In this document: positions 41,271 to 51,769 of the stretch, piece by piece
Position numbering within the stretch: position 1 is the stretch's first letter
Layout: the number at the start of each line of letters is the position of its first letter
Origin: Desulfobacterales bacterium
GTDB lineage: Bacteria; Desulfobacterota; Desulfobacteria; Desulfobacterales; UBA5852
Reading direction: 5' to 3'
Assembly (NCBI GenBank): GCA_963674755.2
Contig: CAXXVS010000002.1
Location: 576,001 to 640,000 of the forward strand
DNA: 64,000 nucleotides
Program-made: the position numbers and the translations under genes
The notes under the pieces: generated by a model
Seen by the model: the letters and a program-made list of their open reading frames with translations, nothing else
Database searches by the model: none
Told to the model about the DNA's origin: nothing

Positions 41271-42071
41271 ATGCGAGACGTCCAGAACGAACCCGACTAC
41301 CGGAACATCCCGATCGACAAGGTCGGCATCAAGAATTTGCGCTATCCCATCAAAGTGCTGGACCGCAACAACGGCTACCAGCATACGGTGGCGACCATCA
41401 ACATGTATGTGGACCTGCCCCACCGCAACAAGGGTACCCACATGAGCCGGTTTGTGGAAATCCTCAATCAATACCGCCTGGAACTCTCCCTGAAGAAGAT
41501 TTCCGACATCCTGGCGGAGATGAAGACGCTCCTCAATGCCGCCTCGGCCCACATCGAGATCACGTTTCCCTATTTCATCGAAAAAACCGCCCCGGTGAGC
41601 CTGGCCACCGGACTGATGGACTATACCTGCACCATCCGGGGCTCCAGCGGGCCGGACGGCAAGATCGACCTGGTGTCGGAAGTGGCCGTACCGATTTCAT
41701 CGGTCTGTCCCTGTTCCAAGGAGATCAGTAAATGGGGGGCCCACAATCAGCGGGGAGAAGTCTCTCTCAAGGTTCGCTTCAAAAAGTTTATCTGGATCGA
41801 GGACATGATCGGGATAGTCGAATCCGCAGCCTCCTCGGAAGTTTACAGCGTTCTGAAGCGGGTGGATGAGAAATCGGTCACCGAGGCCGCCTACCTGAAC
41901 CCCAAATTTGTGGAAGACATTGTCCGGGATATTGCCGCCGCCTTGCGTCAGGACGACAACATCACCTGGTTTTCCGTGGGGGCGGAGAACTTCGAATCCA
42001 TCCACAACCACAGCGCCTACGCCCACATTACCAGCCATCAAATGGCCGAGGAAACCCTCGGCAGCAGCTGA
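41271..42071 (+). CDS. folE2: GTP cyclohydrolase IB
   Basis: DVQ, GTHMSRF, CPCSK, AHNQR, NPKFVED, FESIHNH. Confidence 0.97.
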   Translation: MRDVQNEPDYRNIPIDKVGIKNLRYPIKVLDRNNGYQHTVATINMYVDLPHRNKGTHMSRFVEILNQYRLELSLKKISDILAEMKTLLNAASAHIEITFPYFIEKTAPVSLATGLMDYTCTIRGSSGPDGKIDLVSEVAVPISSVCPCSKEISKWGAHNQRGEVSLKVRFKKFIWIEDMIGIVESAASSEVYSVLKRVDEKSVTEAAYLNPKFVEDIVRDIAAALRQDDNITWFSVGAENFESIHNHSAYAHITSHQMAEETLGSS

Positions 42072-42152
42072 AAGGCATCGCCGCCGGCTTGCGTGCGCTG
42101 CCCGGACAACCCTCCAAGGCATGGTCTGGATCAAGAGGAACGTTTTGGCATC

Positions 42153-42323
42153 TAGTGCCTTTCCAGAAATGGTGGGGTCTGGTTCCGGTCAAGGCCGCAG
42201 GGAATTGGAAACCGACGGCGTAGCCCGATGAGCGATAGCCTTGCGTAGTGGGCTACGGCAAGGATTTCCACTGACCGAGAACGCTGTCCGGGGCCAAAAG
42301 ATGCCATTGATGGATGGGCATTA
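42153..42323 (+). repeat. Palindromic intergenic repeat, copy B
   Basis: TAGTGCCTTTCCAGAAATGG ... CAAGGCCGCAG ... CGAGAACGC ... GGGGCCAAAAGATGCCATTGATGGATGGGCATTA. Confidence 0.85.
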
Positions 42324-42324
42324 T

Positions 42325-43557
42325 TTAACGATGAAGCTCAAAGATGGCGCGGCGGATCTGGCGCATCACCGGCGCCGTGGTTTTGCCGGGCTGGTTGCGG
42401 AAAAGGGCGAAACGGTAGAATTCTCCGGGGTGAACCTCGATATAGCCCGCACGTGTCCGCACGCCTTTCAGGGTACCGGTCTTGAAGTATTCCCGATCTT
42501 TGTAAGTCAGCAGGTCGTGATAGGGAAGAAAGCCGGCCAGAACCGCCGCCATGTCGCGCACGGATAGCCTGTCCAGCCGCGAGATACCCGAGCCCTCCAC
42601 GAAAAAGCCTTTTCGGACCCCGATCTCATCCACCGCATAACCCCTAAGGGCCCGGACGCCTTTTTCCAGGGTGGCCGGGGGGCCGTAGCGCTGCGCCCCC
42701 ATGGCCATGAGCAATTGATTGGCCGTAAAGTTGTTGGAATACGCCAGCAAACGCTGGACGACCTGGGGAAGGGCATCGGGCGAGCGCTGATGGAGGATCA
42801 GGTGGGCCTGCCGGGCGCTATTCGGCGCCACACGGATTTTTCCGCGTACGACGAGGCCCTCTTTTTCCAGAAAATAGCGGAACAGCCGGCCGGCATAAAG
42901 TGTCGCTTCGTCCCCCCGATGGGAGAGCACGATGCGCCCTTCCTGCAAGCCGGAACGGTGGATGCGCGCCGTTACCATGGGCAGGAGAGGCGTCTGCTCC
43001 TCGGCCGATTGAAGGCGCCCTCCGACGTGAGTGAAAAAGACGGTGTTGAAATTGACGCACAGGGCGCCGATGGGCGCGTCATAGGGGTTGGTGGTCGTGC
43101 CGACGCCCGGGATGGTCAGCGGCCCCTGGAAATAGGCGGTATCCAGGAGAATGTGGTTGATCTCATGGGGGATCAGGGCGGTCAGCCGGTGGGCGATCCC
43201 GGCGATGACCTCGGAAACCAGGAGGGGATCGCCATAGCCCTTGATGACCAGGTTGTCTTCGGCGTCCAGCAGAAAATCGGTGGGGAACCGGTAGTCTGAT
43301 CCCAGGGTGTGGAGGGCCGCCAGCGATGTCAGGATTTTCATCGTCGAGGCCGGGGCCATGGCCTGATCCGGGTTGTGGGACCACACGACCCGGCCGGCCG
43401 GATCCAATACCAGCAGGGCGTCCCGGGGACCCAGGCCGGTGATGGCGGGCACGGCACCGGCCGAGGCGGCGATCATCAGCCACAGCGCACCAACCAATGC
43501 GAGTCGTAGCGGCGCAAAGACACGCCGCGGGGATTTAGGGCTGTTTCGTTTCGTCAT
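42325..43557 (-). CDS. dacB: D-Ala-D-Ala carboxypeptidase/endopeptidase (PBP4, S13)
   Basis: PASTMK, GDP, SNN, GSGISR, KTGTL. Confidence 0.9.
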   Translation of the reverse strand: MTKRNSPKSPRRVFAPLRLALVGALWLMIAASAGAVPAITGLGPRDALLVLDPAGRVVWSHNPDQAMAPASTMKILTSLAALHTLGSDYRFPTDFLLDAEDNLVIKGYGDPLLVSEVIAGIAHRLTALIPHEINHILLDTAYFQGPLTIPGVGTTTNPYDAPIGALCVNFNTVFFTHVGGRLQSAEEQTPLLPMVTARIHRSGLQEGRIVLSHRGDEATLYAGRLFRYFLEKEGLVVRGKIRVAPNSARQAHLILHQRSPDALPQVVQRLLAYSNNFTANQLLMAMGAQRYGPPATLEKGVRALRGYAVDEIGVRKGFFVEGSGISRLDRLSVRDMAAVLAGFLPYHDLLTYKDREYFKTGTLKGVRTRAGYIEVHPGEFYRFALFRNQPGKTTAPVMRQIRRAIFELHR

Positions 43558-43638
43558 AAGGGGTCATGGCGTGAAAGAAAGGTTGTCAGAGGGTCGAAAC
43601 GGCCTGTTGCATTAACGATCTTCTTGAAAGGGATCAAT

Positions 43639-44094
43639 TCATGTTCCCGCAGGATCAGGGCTTTCCACAATAAGCGTCACCGGCCCGTGATTGACCAGAC
43701 GGACATCCATCAGGCGCCGGAAGCGGCCGGTGGCGACGCTGAGGCCCAGGGCGCGGACCTGTTCTACAAACCGCTCGTAAAGCGTTTCACCTTTTTCCGG
43801 TGGGGCTGCTTGCACGAACGAGGGGCGCCGTCCCTTGCGGCAGTCGCCGTAGAGGGTGAACTGGCTGACCACCAGCATTTCACCGCCGCATTCCAGCAGC
43901 GAGCGGTTCAGCTTGCCGGCTTCGTCTTCGAAGATGCGCAGGTGGACGATCTTGGCGGCCAGCCAGTCGGCCTCCCGGGCGGTGTCCTTTTCGGCTACCC
44001 CCAACAGGACCAGCAGGCCGGGGCCGATCGATCCCACTGTTTCATCCGCCACCGTAACGCTGCAACGGGTGACGCGCTGCACCACCGCTCGCAT
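43639..44094 (-). CDS. dtd: D-aminoacyl-tRNA deacylase
   Basis: [18 protein letters not shown]. Confidence 0.97.
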   Translation of the reverse strand: MRAVVQRVTRCSVTVADETVGSIGPGLLVLLGVAEKDTAREADWLAAKIVHLRIFEDEAGKLNRSLLECGGEMLVVSQFTLYGDCRKGRRPSFVQAAPPEKGETLYERFVEQVRALGLSVATGRFRRLMDVRLVNHGPVTLIVESPDPAGT

Positions 44095-44131
44095 GGCCGC
44101 TCTCCTGATTCGGTCTGCTAAAAGCCATTGC

Positions 44132-46405
44132 CTATCGCCCCAACAGATCGGCGAAAGGATTGTTGAAGGGGCGCTTCTCCGCTTTCCCCTGATTCCCGGG
44201 CGCTTTTTGGGGGGGACGCCTGGAACGCCGTTGCCCTTCTTCGGCCTTGGGCGATGACGATTTTCCCGCCCCGGGCTGCTGCTTCATGGATAACGCGATC
44301 CGGCGGCGCTCCAAATCCACCTCCAACACGGTGACGGTGACCTTCTGGTTCACTTTTACCACGTGGGAGGGGTCTTTGACAAAACGGTCGGCCATTTGGC
44401 TGATGTGAACCAGGCCGTCCTGATGGACCCCGATATCCACGAAGGCGCCGAACCGGGTGACATTGGTCACGATCCCCGGAAGGGGCATACCTGGCCTGAG
44501 ATCCTTGATATCTTCGATGCCCTCGGCAAAGGAGAAGGTCTCGAAGGGGTCGCGCGGGTCGCGGCCGGGTTTGGACAGCTCTTCCATGATATCCGCCAGC
44601 GTCGGCAGGCCTACCGCATCGGTGACATAGCGGTTGAGATCGATCCGCCGCCGCAGGGCCGCATCCTTTAGAAGATCTTCCACCGTGCAGTCCAGGTCGG
44701 CCGCCATGGCGTCCACCACGGGATAGCTTTCCGGATGCACCGCGCTGGCATCCAGAAGCTGGGAGCCGTTGGGGATTCGCAGGAACCCGGCGCATTGTTC
44801 AAAGGCTTTGGGCCCCAGCCGGGGAACGTCATGCAGTTGGGCGCGCGACAGGAAGGGACCGTTGGCGTTGCGAAAGGCGATGATGTTCTGGGCCAGGGCC
44901 GGCCCCAGGCCCGATACATAGGTCAACAGCTCCCGGCTGGCGCGATTGAGATCCACGCCGACCCCATTGACGCAGCTGACCACCGTGTCGTCAAGGCCTT
45001 TTTTAAGGGCGGACTGGTCCACATCGTGCTGATACTGGCCCACCCCGATGGACTTGGGGTCGATCTTGACCAGTTCCGCCAGGGGATCCATCAGACGACG
45101 GCCGATGGAGACCGCTCCGCGCACGGTAATGTCGTGGTCCGGGAACTCCTCCCGGGCCACTTCCGAGGCGGAGTAGATGGAAGCGCCGCTTTCATTGACC
45201 ATGACAATGGGGATTTCTGACGGCAGACCGATGCCTTTAAGAAAGTTTTCCGTCTCGCGGCTGGCGGTGCCGTTGCCCACGGCAATGGCCTCGATGCGAA
45301 AGCGTTTGACCAGATCCTGAATCGTCTGGGCGGCCTGCTGGAGGCGGGCCTCCGAACCGATCACGTACACCATGTCATGGTGCAGGAGCTGGCCCTGGCG
45401 GTCCAGGCAGACCACCTTGCCGCCCGTGCGATAGCCCGGATCGATGGCCAGGATTCGTTTGGCCCCTAAGGGGGAGGCCATCAGCAGCTCCCGCAAATTG
45501 CCGGTGAAGACCCGAATGGCTTCCATATCGGCGCGTTCCTTGAGCGCCAGGCGGGTTTCGGTCTCCATGGCCCGGGAAAGCAGCCGCTTGTAGCTGTCGT
45601 GCACGGCCTGGCGCACCTGGTCGCTGTCCTCTTCCGCGCCCTTCACAAAAAGGGCTTCCAACAGTTCCAGGGCGTCTTCCTCGGGCGGGGCCACCGTGAG
45701 GTTGAGGATATCTTCGCGCTCCCCCCGGCGCATGGCCAGGATGCGGTGGGAGGGCGCGCCGGCGGCCGGCTCTTCCCATTCAAAGTAGTCCCGGTATTTG
45801 GCGCCTTCGGCTTCCTTGCCCGTGGCCACCCGGCTGCGCAGGACGGCCCGGGTTTCGAACAGGGCCCGCATCCGTTCCCTGGCCTGTCCGTCCTCGGCCA
45901 CCCATTCGGCGATGATATCCCGGGCGCCGGCCAGGGCGTCCTCGGGGGTCGCGACCTGCTTTTCCTGGTCCACATAGCCGGCGGCTTCCTCGGCCGGCCG
46001 GATGCCTTCCTGGGCGAAGATGAGCTGCGCCAAAGGTTCCAACCCTTTTTCGCGGGCCATGGTGGCCCGGGTGCGGCGTTTGGGCCGGTAGGGCAGATAG
46101 AGATCTTCCAGTTGGCTGAGGGTCTCGGCATTGTCCACCGCGGCTTTGAGCTCGTCCGTCAAATGACCGTTGTCTTCCAGGGACTTGAGAATGGTCTCGC
46201 GCCGCTTTTGCAGTTCGGCCAGCTGCTCCAGGCGGTCGCGCACCTGGGATACGACGACCTCGTCGAGGCTGCCGGTGGCTTCCTTGCGGTAGCGGGCGAT
46301 AAAAGGGATGGTGGCCCCGTCGTCCAGCAGGCTGGCCGTGGCCCTGACCTGGGCGGTGGCAAGATGGAGTTCCTGGGCGATGGTACTGATGTGCTGTTCG
46401 TTCAT
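44132..46405 (-). CDS. tex: Tex family RNA-binding transcriptional accessory protein
   Basis: [27 protein letters not shown]-terminal S1 domain. Confidence 0.95.
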   Translation of the reverse strand: MNEQHISTIAQELHLATAQVRATASLLDDGATIPFIARYRKEATGSLDEVVVSQVRDRLEQLAELQKRRETILKSLEDNGHLTDELKAAVDNAETLSQLEDLYLPYRPKRRTRATMAREKGLEPLAQLIFAQEGIRPAEEAAGYVDQEKQVATPEDALAGARDIIAEWVAEDGQARERMRALFETRAVLRSRVATGKEAEGAKYRDYFEWEEPAAGAPSHRILAMRRGEREDILNLTVAPPEEDALELLEALFVKGAEEDSDQVRQAVHDSYKRLLSRAMETETRLALKERADMEAIRVFTGNLRELLMASPLGAKRILAIDPGYRTGGKVVCLDRQGQLLHHDMVYVIGSEARLQQAAQTIQDLVKRFRIEAIAVGNGTASRETENFLKGIGLPSEIPIVMVNESGASIYSASEVAREEFPDHDITVRGAVSIGRRLMDPLAELVKIDPKSIGVGQYQHDVDQSALKKGLDDTVVSCVNGVGVDLNRASRELLTYVSGLGPALAQNIIAFRNANGPFLSRAQLHDVPRLGPKAFEQCAGFLRIPNGSQLLDASAVHPESYPVVDAMAADLDCTVEDLLKDAALRRRIDLNRYVTDAVGLPTLADIMEELSKPGRDPRDPFETFSFAEGIEDIKDLRPGMPLPGIVTNVTRFGAFVDIGVHQDGLVHISQMADRFVKDPSHVVKVNQKVTVTVLEVDLERRRIALSMKQQPGAGKSSSPKAEEGQRRSRRPPQKAPGNQGKAEKRPFNNPFADLLGR

Positions 46406-46565
46406 AGGATCCTTTCTGCATGATCGTCGGCTAAGTTTCAGGGCCTACCGCAGGGTCGTGACCGACGATGGGTACATGCGATGGAACCCGTCGTATAGGC
46501 GTAGAACAAATGTCTGTCAAGGGCGAAGGCGGACCCTCACCGAGCGGTCTGCGTAGCCGGCCAGG

Positions 46566-47408
46566 CTAACGGGATGAAGCGGCTTGGGCGTTCTCCAGGA
46601 CGTCCACAAGCTTGGGCAGAAAGTGCCCGCTGGGCTCCTGGATGAAGGCTCCCCCGGGGGTGCGCAGAGCGAGTTGCGAAAAAGGGTTGGGGGCGGTGTC
46701 GATGTCGATGATGGTGCCCCCGTTTTGGAATACGGTCCCGGCCACTTGGTTGGGGAGGTTCGTGGCGCCGGAGGTGCCCACCACGAACAAAAGGCCGGTT
46801 GCGGCGGCCGTCCGCAGGCTGCTGTGGAATCGGAAGTAGGCCTCGTCGTAGACTTCGTCGAACCATAGCACATGGGGCCGCAGCCGGTCGCCGCAGCGCG
46901 GGCAGGTCAGCAGGGCCTGCTCACGGTCGCTCAGGGGGACGTCCGGGGGGCGTCCCACCAGGACGGACGGCAGGGGATGCAGCGCTGGGCTGCAGGCGGC
47001 GGCACAGCGGGTCTGGAAGACATTGCCGTGGATCTGGTAGGTGCGCTCTTCCGGGCTGCCGGCGCGCAGGTGGAGACCGTCCACGTTCTGGGTGATCAGG
47101 GTGAACCGCTCGCCCAGCAGCCGGTCCATGGCGGCCACGGCGGCGTGGCCGGGGTTGGGCGCGGCCGTCTGACATACGCTGGCCCGGTGCAGATACCACT
47201 GCCAGACCGCATCGGGCCGCCTGCGGAACATGGCGTAAGTGGCCATCTCCTGGGGATGGTAGACCTTGCTGCCCACGGTCCAGTAGCCTTCGGGCCCCCG
47301 GAAGGTGGGGATGCCGCTTTCGGCTGAAATGCCGGCCCCGGTCAGCACGGTAAGGCGCGATTTTCGTTCGAGGTGCTGCCGAAGGGTTTGAGACCAGTCG
47401 GCGTTCAT
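46566..47408 (-). CDS. cobB: NAD-dependent deacylase (sirtuin, class III-like)
   Basis: GAGISAESG, YxxR (YLHR), TQNVDGLH, HG, zinc Cys pairs. Confidence 0.9.
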   Translation of the reverse strand: MNADWSQTLRQHLERKSRLTVLTGAGISAESGIPTFRGPEGYWTVGSKVYHPQEMATYAMFRRRPDAVWQWYLHRASVCQTAAPNPGHAAVAAMDRLLGERFTLITQNVDGLHLRAGSPEERTYQIHGNVFQTRCAAACSPALHPLPSVLVGRPPDVPLSDREQALLTCPRCGDRLRPHVLWFDEVYDEAYFRFHSSLRTAAATGLLFVVGTSGATNLPNQVAGTVFQNGGTIIDIDTAPNPFSQLALRTPGGAFIQEPSGHFLPKLVDVLENAQAASSR

Positions 47409-47468
47409 GGCGGTCCACCGGTTCTCATCCAGGCTTTGGATTGCCTGGATGGGGTATTAATGCTAAAG

Positions 47469-47613
47469 AGCGTCCATCCAGAGATGGCATCTTTCGGCCC
47501 CGGCCGGCGTTCTCGCTAATTGGAAATCCTCGCCGTAGCCCAGCTAGGCCTGCGGTTTCCAATTCCCTGCGGCCTTGGCCGGAACCAAAATCTACCATCT
47601 CTGGAAGGATGCT
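47469..47613 (-). repeat. Palindromic intergenic repeat, copy C (inverted relative to A and B)
   Basis: AGCGTCCATCCAGAGATGGCATCTTTCGGCCCC...GGCGTTCTCGC...GCGGCCTTG...CCATCTCTGGAAGGATGCT. Confidence 0.85.
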
Positions 47614-47731
47614 GATAAAAAAGATCTTAGATTGCGGTTCCGTCTACATAGAGCATGGGCGGACAAGACGCAAGGCCCAAGCCGGTCCGGCGGTTTTCGC
47701 CCTGCCGCTGACAAGGATGCAAGAAAACACT

Positions 47732-49159
47732 ATGTCCCAGCACGATGATCGCCACGGTATCCCCCCCCGTGTTCAATCCGTCCACCTGATCGCCGTCTGC
47801 GGTACGGCCATGGGGGCCCTGGCGGCCATGCTCAAGGAAATGGGGATGAGCGTGACCGGCTCCGACCGTAATGTCTACCCCCCCATGAGCACCTTTCTGG
47901 AACAGCGAGGCATCCGGATCATGGAAGGTTTTGCCCCCGAGCACCTGGCCCACCGGCCGGACCTGGTGGTGGTAGGCAACGCCGTATCCCGCGACAATCC
48001 GGAGGTGGAGGCCATGGGGCGTCTGGGGCTGCCTTATTGCTCCATGCCCGAAGCCCTCAACCGCTTTGCCGCCGCCGGCAAAGAAACCCTGCTGGTGGCC
48101 GGGACCCATGGCAAGACCACCACGTCTTCCCTGCTGGCCTGGCTGCTCTATGCTGCCGATCTGGACCCCAGTTACATGATCGGCGGCATTCTGAACAATT
48201 TCAACGGGAATTACCGGCTAGGCCGGGGATCCCATTTCGTGGTGGAAGGGGACGAATACGACACGGCCTATTTCGACAAGGGGCCCAAGTTTCTCCATTA
48301 CCGGCCCAGGGCGGCCGTCTTGACCAGCGTGGAATTCGATCATGCCGACATCTTCAGGGATCTGGCGCATGTCAAATCCGCTTTCCGTCGTTTTCTGGAA
48401 TGCCTGGCCCCGGAAAGTCTCCTTCTGGCCTATGACAGCGATGACAATATCGAGGCCCTGCTGCCCGATGCCGGCTGCCGCATCGAGCGCTACGGCCGCT
48501 CGACAGGGGCTGATTGGCGTCTCGGTCGGATCACGGTGGCCCCGCCGGAAACGCGCTTTGAGGTCTGGCGCCGGGAAACCCTCTTCGGGGTATTCACAAC
48601 CGCCCTGATCGGTGAGCACAATCTACTGAACACGATAGCCGCCCTGGGGGTGGCCCATCACATCGGCATCCCGATGGAAGTGCTCATGAAGGGGCTGGCG
48701 GCGTTCCAAGGGGTCAAACGCCGCCAGGAGGTACGCGGCGTGCGGCGCGGCATTGTCGTGATCGACGATTTCGCCCACCACCCCACGGCCGTGCGGGAAA
48801 CCGTGCGGGCGGTCAAGGGGTTCTACGGCGACCGGCGGCTGATCGCTGTTTTCGAGCCCCGCACCAACACCAGCATGCGGGATGTGTTTCAGAGCGCCTA
48901 TGCGGCCTGTTTCGATCCGGCTGATCGGGTCTGCATTCGCCAGCCGCCGCTGCTGCAAAAAATCCCCGAGGGCCAGCGCTTTTCCTCGCGCCGATTGGTG
49001 GAGGATCTGAAGGGCAGGGGACGCGACGCCCACTATTTCCCCGATACGGATGACCTTCTCGATTTTCTAGTGCGCGAGTCCCGGGAGGGGGATGTGATTT
49101 TGATCATGAGCAACGGGGGATTCGACAATATCCACGCCCGCCTTCTGGAGGCTTTGTAA
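47732..49159 (+). CDS. mpl: Murein peptide ligase
   Basis: CGTAMG, YPPMST, GTHGKTTT, EGDEYDTA, DDFAHHP, SNGGF. Confidence 0.92.
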   Translation: MSQHDDRHGIPPRVQSVHLIAVCGTAMGALAAMLKEMGMSVTGSDRNVYPPMSTFLEQRGIRIMEGFAPEHLAHRPDLVVVGNAVSRDNPEVEAMGRLGLPYCSMPEALNRFAAAGKETLLVAGTHGKTTTSSLLAWLLYAADLDPSYMIGGILNNFNGNYRLGRGSHFVVEGDEYDTAYFDKGPKFLHYRPRAAVLTSVEFDHADIFRDLAHVKSAFRRFLECLAPESLLLAYDSDDNIEALLPDAGCRIERYGRSTGADWRLGRITVAPPETRFEVWRRETLFGVFTTALIGEHNLLNTIAALGVAHHIGIPMEVLMKGLAAFQGVKRRQEVRGVRRGIVVIDDFAHHPTAVRETVRAVKGFYGDRRLIAVFEPRTNTSMRDVFQSAYAACFDPADRVCIRQPPLLQKIPEGQRFSSRRLVEDLKGRGRDAHYFPDTDDLLDFLVRESREGDVILIMSNGGFDNIHARLLEAL

Positions 49160-49305
49160 AAATTCCGGCCGCTTTAAAATGGAATGAAGCTCAAACGGGT
49201 GGGGGCGTATGCCGGCTGGAATCCAACAAATCGCCTGCTACCCAGAATTTTATCTTGAGAATGACAGCCGCTGCGGTTTATCGATTTCCTTGACCCCTTT
49301 TTTCG

Positions 49306-50499
49306 TCACGCCACCCCAGAAAAGCCGCTGTATTCGTCGTAGTCCTTGTTCATCTTGTTGCCGTAGATGTCTTCGCCGTTGAATTTGAAGACGATGTGGG
49401 CGGGATCGATGGTACCGTCGGCATTGTCGTTTTGCTGGATGCTGAAGGTCAGCTTGGCCGTCAGGTTTTCGCTGTCGTAGTACACGAAGTCCGGGTAAGC
49501 CTTAGGACTCACTTCGGTGTCCGAAATGCTGAAACCGAAGTTGTATTTGTCGAGCATGCTCTCCCCGTTGGCCCGGGTGATGGACCAGTTGTAGATGTGT
49601 TCCACTGATTCGCGGTCCATTTTTTTGCTGAACTGGAACTCCATGGTAAAGGTCTGGGAGGCACCAGCGTTGGACAGATAGCTGTCCAGAACAGACAACG
49701 ATGTCCGCATGGGCAGGTTTTTGGGGAAAGTGCTGGTGGAGGATGCGAACATGATCTGGGGCGGGTCCACCTTGTACATGTAGCGGCTCAGGGTATCGGC
49801 CAGGTCGGCGTCGTTTTCTTCCAGGAAGTCCACCAGTTCCTGAGCTTCGTCCATCAACCCCATGTCGCTATAATTGTAGCCCAATTCGGCGTAAGCCGCG
49901 TAAAAGGTGTCGTCCTGCTCGATGGCGGCCTTGAACTGCAATACGGCGTCATCGTAGCGTTCCATCTTGTTGTAGGTCTGCCCCAGGCCATAGTAGCCGT
50001 TGGGAGAGTCGGGTTCCATGCGGGCCGCCCGGCTGAAAGTGCTTTCCGCCTGGCTATACTGTTCAAGCGCAAGGTGGGTTTGACCCAGGGAGAAATAGTT
50101 GTTGGCCGACGGATTCAGACGCACCGCCTTTTCGTACTGCAGCAGGGCTTCCTGATGGCGCCCTTCGGCATAATACAGGTTGGCCAGCTTGACGACGGGG
50201 GCATCGCTGGTGGGATCCAGCTGCATGCTCATCTTATAGGACTCGGCCGCCTTGTCGATCCGTCCGATTTTGAGGTAGGAACTGGCCATGTAATCGGCGG
50301 ACGTTTGGGCATAGTCGGAGGTCGGGGAAAGCGTCACGCTGCGCCGAAACGCTTCGGCCGCTTCGGCATACTTGCCGTCCTGATAGAGGTTCATGCCCTG
50401 GGACAGGGCCGTATTGGCCAGCTGTTCCATCTGCTGGCTCTGTTGGGCCGCTGAGACAAACAAACGGCTGCTGTCGAAGTCGAGAGCACTTAAATCCAT
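49306..50499 (-). CDS. TPR protein with C-terminal beta-rich domain
   Basis: Several TPR repeats followed by a beta-strand-rich C-terminus; GAGGG RBS. Confidence 0.8.
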   Translation of the reverse strand: MDLSALDFDSSRLFVSAAQQSQQMEQLANTALSQGMNLYQDGKYAEAAEAFRRSVTLSPTSDYAQTSADYMASSYLKIGRIDKAAESYKMSMQLDPTSDAPVVKLANLYYAEGRHQEALLQYEKAVRLNPSANNYFSLGQTHLALEQYSQAESTFSRAARMEPDSPNGYYGLGQTYNKMERYDDAVLQFKAAIEQDDTFYAAYAELGYNYSDMGLMDEAQELVDFLEENDADLADTLSRYMYKVDPPQIMFASSTSTFPKNLPMRTSLSVLDSYLSNAGASQTFTMEFQFSKKMDRESVEHIYNWSITRANGESMLDKYNFGFSISDTEVSPKAYPDFVYYDSENLTAKLTFSIQQNDNADGTIDPAHIVFKFNGEDIYGNKMNKDYDEYSGFSGVA

Positions 50500-50544
50500 G
50501 ACGTTCCCTCTTGAACGAAATTAAATCGGTTCTATTGTAAACTA

Positions 50545-50572
50545 TTATCGTTCGGACAACGTCTCAGCTTTA
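50545..50572 (-). promoter_or_regulatory. Putative sigma-28 (FliA) promoter for the TPR gene
   Basis: TAAA-N16-AACGATAA on the minus strand versus consensus TAAA-N15/16-GCCGATAA. Confidence 0.45.
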
Positions 50573-50692
50573 GAGAATTTTGGTTTACCCTGTAGGATAC
50601 CGCCGGATGTCGGCCCTGCTTGACTTTCGTTTGCGGCCTGCTTTACTAAAAAGACGGGCATGACAGCGGCCAAATTTAAGGAGGAACGTTTG

Positions 50693-51337
50693 ATGAAAAA
50701 GCCTTTGTTATGGGTATTGATCGGAATAATCGGCTTGTCCCTCATGGCCTGCGCCAACGCCACCACAGGCCAGAAGGGCGCGGCCATCGGTGCCGGCGTG
50801 GGGGCTGCGGCCGGCGCCGGACTGGGCCAGGCCATCGGCCGGAATACGACCGGCACATTGATCGGAGCGGGCATCGGCGCCGCCCTGGGCGGACTGGCCG
50901 GCTGGCAGATCGGGGAATACATGGACCGCCAGGAAGCGGAACTGCAACAGGCCCTGGCCAGCTCCGAGGCCGCGTCCATCAGCCGGGAGCAGGATGTATT
51001 GACGGCCACCTTCAAGGGCGACGTCTTCTTCGACTTCGATTCGGCTGTTCTGAAACCGGGCGCCTATTCGGAAATAGACCGCACGGCCGCGGTGCTCAAC
51101 CGCTATCCCCAGACCACGATCCTGGTGGAAGGCTACACCGACAGCCGGGGGTCCGAGACCTACAACCAGCAGTTGTCCGAGCGGCGGGCCCAGGCGGTTC
51201 GCGACGCCTTGGTGAACCGCGGCGTGGATCCGCGCCGGTTGCGCGTAATCGGCTATGGCGAGTCCCGGCCCATTTCGTCCAGCGATGCCATGAACCGACG
51301 GGTGGAGCTGCGCATCGAACCCATCCGGCAGGGATAG
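50693..51337 (+). CDS. OmpA-family lipoprotein with glycine zipper (YiaD-like)
   Basis: Lipobox LMAC, GAAIGA repeats, EGYTDS.GS..YN..LS.RRA, NRRVE. Confidence 0.92.
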   Translation: MKKPLLWVLIGIIGLSLMACANATTGQKGAAIGAGVGAAAGAGLGQAIGRNTTGTLIGAGIGAALGGLAGWQIGEYMDRQEAELQQALASSEAASISREQDVLTATFKGDVFFDFDSAVLKPGAYSEIDRTAAVLNRYPQTTILVEGYTDSRGSETYNQQLSERRAQAVRDALVNRGVDPRRLRVIGYGESRPISSSDAMNRRVELRIEPIRQG

Positions 51338-51460
51338 GGTCCGTTCATCAGGCCGTGGACAACCAGGTAGACAACCAGCGAGTTGAAGGCGTTCCAACCA
51401 TCGGGGTTGCCGCGCCGTTTTCCACGGTTTGTTAACCGCGATCCACTCGGGAGGATACGC

Positions 51461-51670
51461 GTGAGTTCCGCAACACCCGGCGAACCCAATGTGATTTGCC
51501 ATTTTTGTGGCTGTGAGTCGCCGCATGCCTACACATGCGGCGACTGCGGCCACGAATTCTGCCTGACCTGCATCGAAACCCGGTCCCCCCATCCGGCCCA
51601 GCCCCTGTATTGCCCCGCCTGCGGCGGTGAACATATCAAACGCCTTTCAGATGCCGAGAATCCGGCCTGA
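51461..51670 (+). CDS. Small Cys-rich zinc-finger protein (69 aa)
   Basis: Four CxxC pairs (CHFC, CGDC, CLTC, CPAC); GGAGG RBS before GTG. Confidence 0.7.
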   Translation: MSSATPGEPNVICHFCGCESPHAYTCGDCGHEFCLTCIETRSPHPAQPLYCPACGGEHIKRLSDAENPA

Positions 51671-51730
51671 TCTCCCAACCCGCCAAACAGCACAGGATGA
51701 TACACACCGATTGACTTTTGAACGGATAAG

Positions 51731-51760
51731 CGTTAACCAGATGCGAATACAAGGTTAACG
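51731..51760. promoter_or_regulatory. BirA operator
   Basis: CGTTAACC-N14-GGTTAACG palindrome (GTTAAC-N16-GTTAAC) just upstream of birA, next to TTGACT at 51711. Confidence 0.85.
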
Positions 51761-51769
51761 AGGTGCGGT

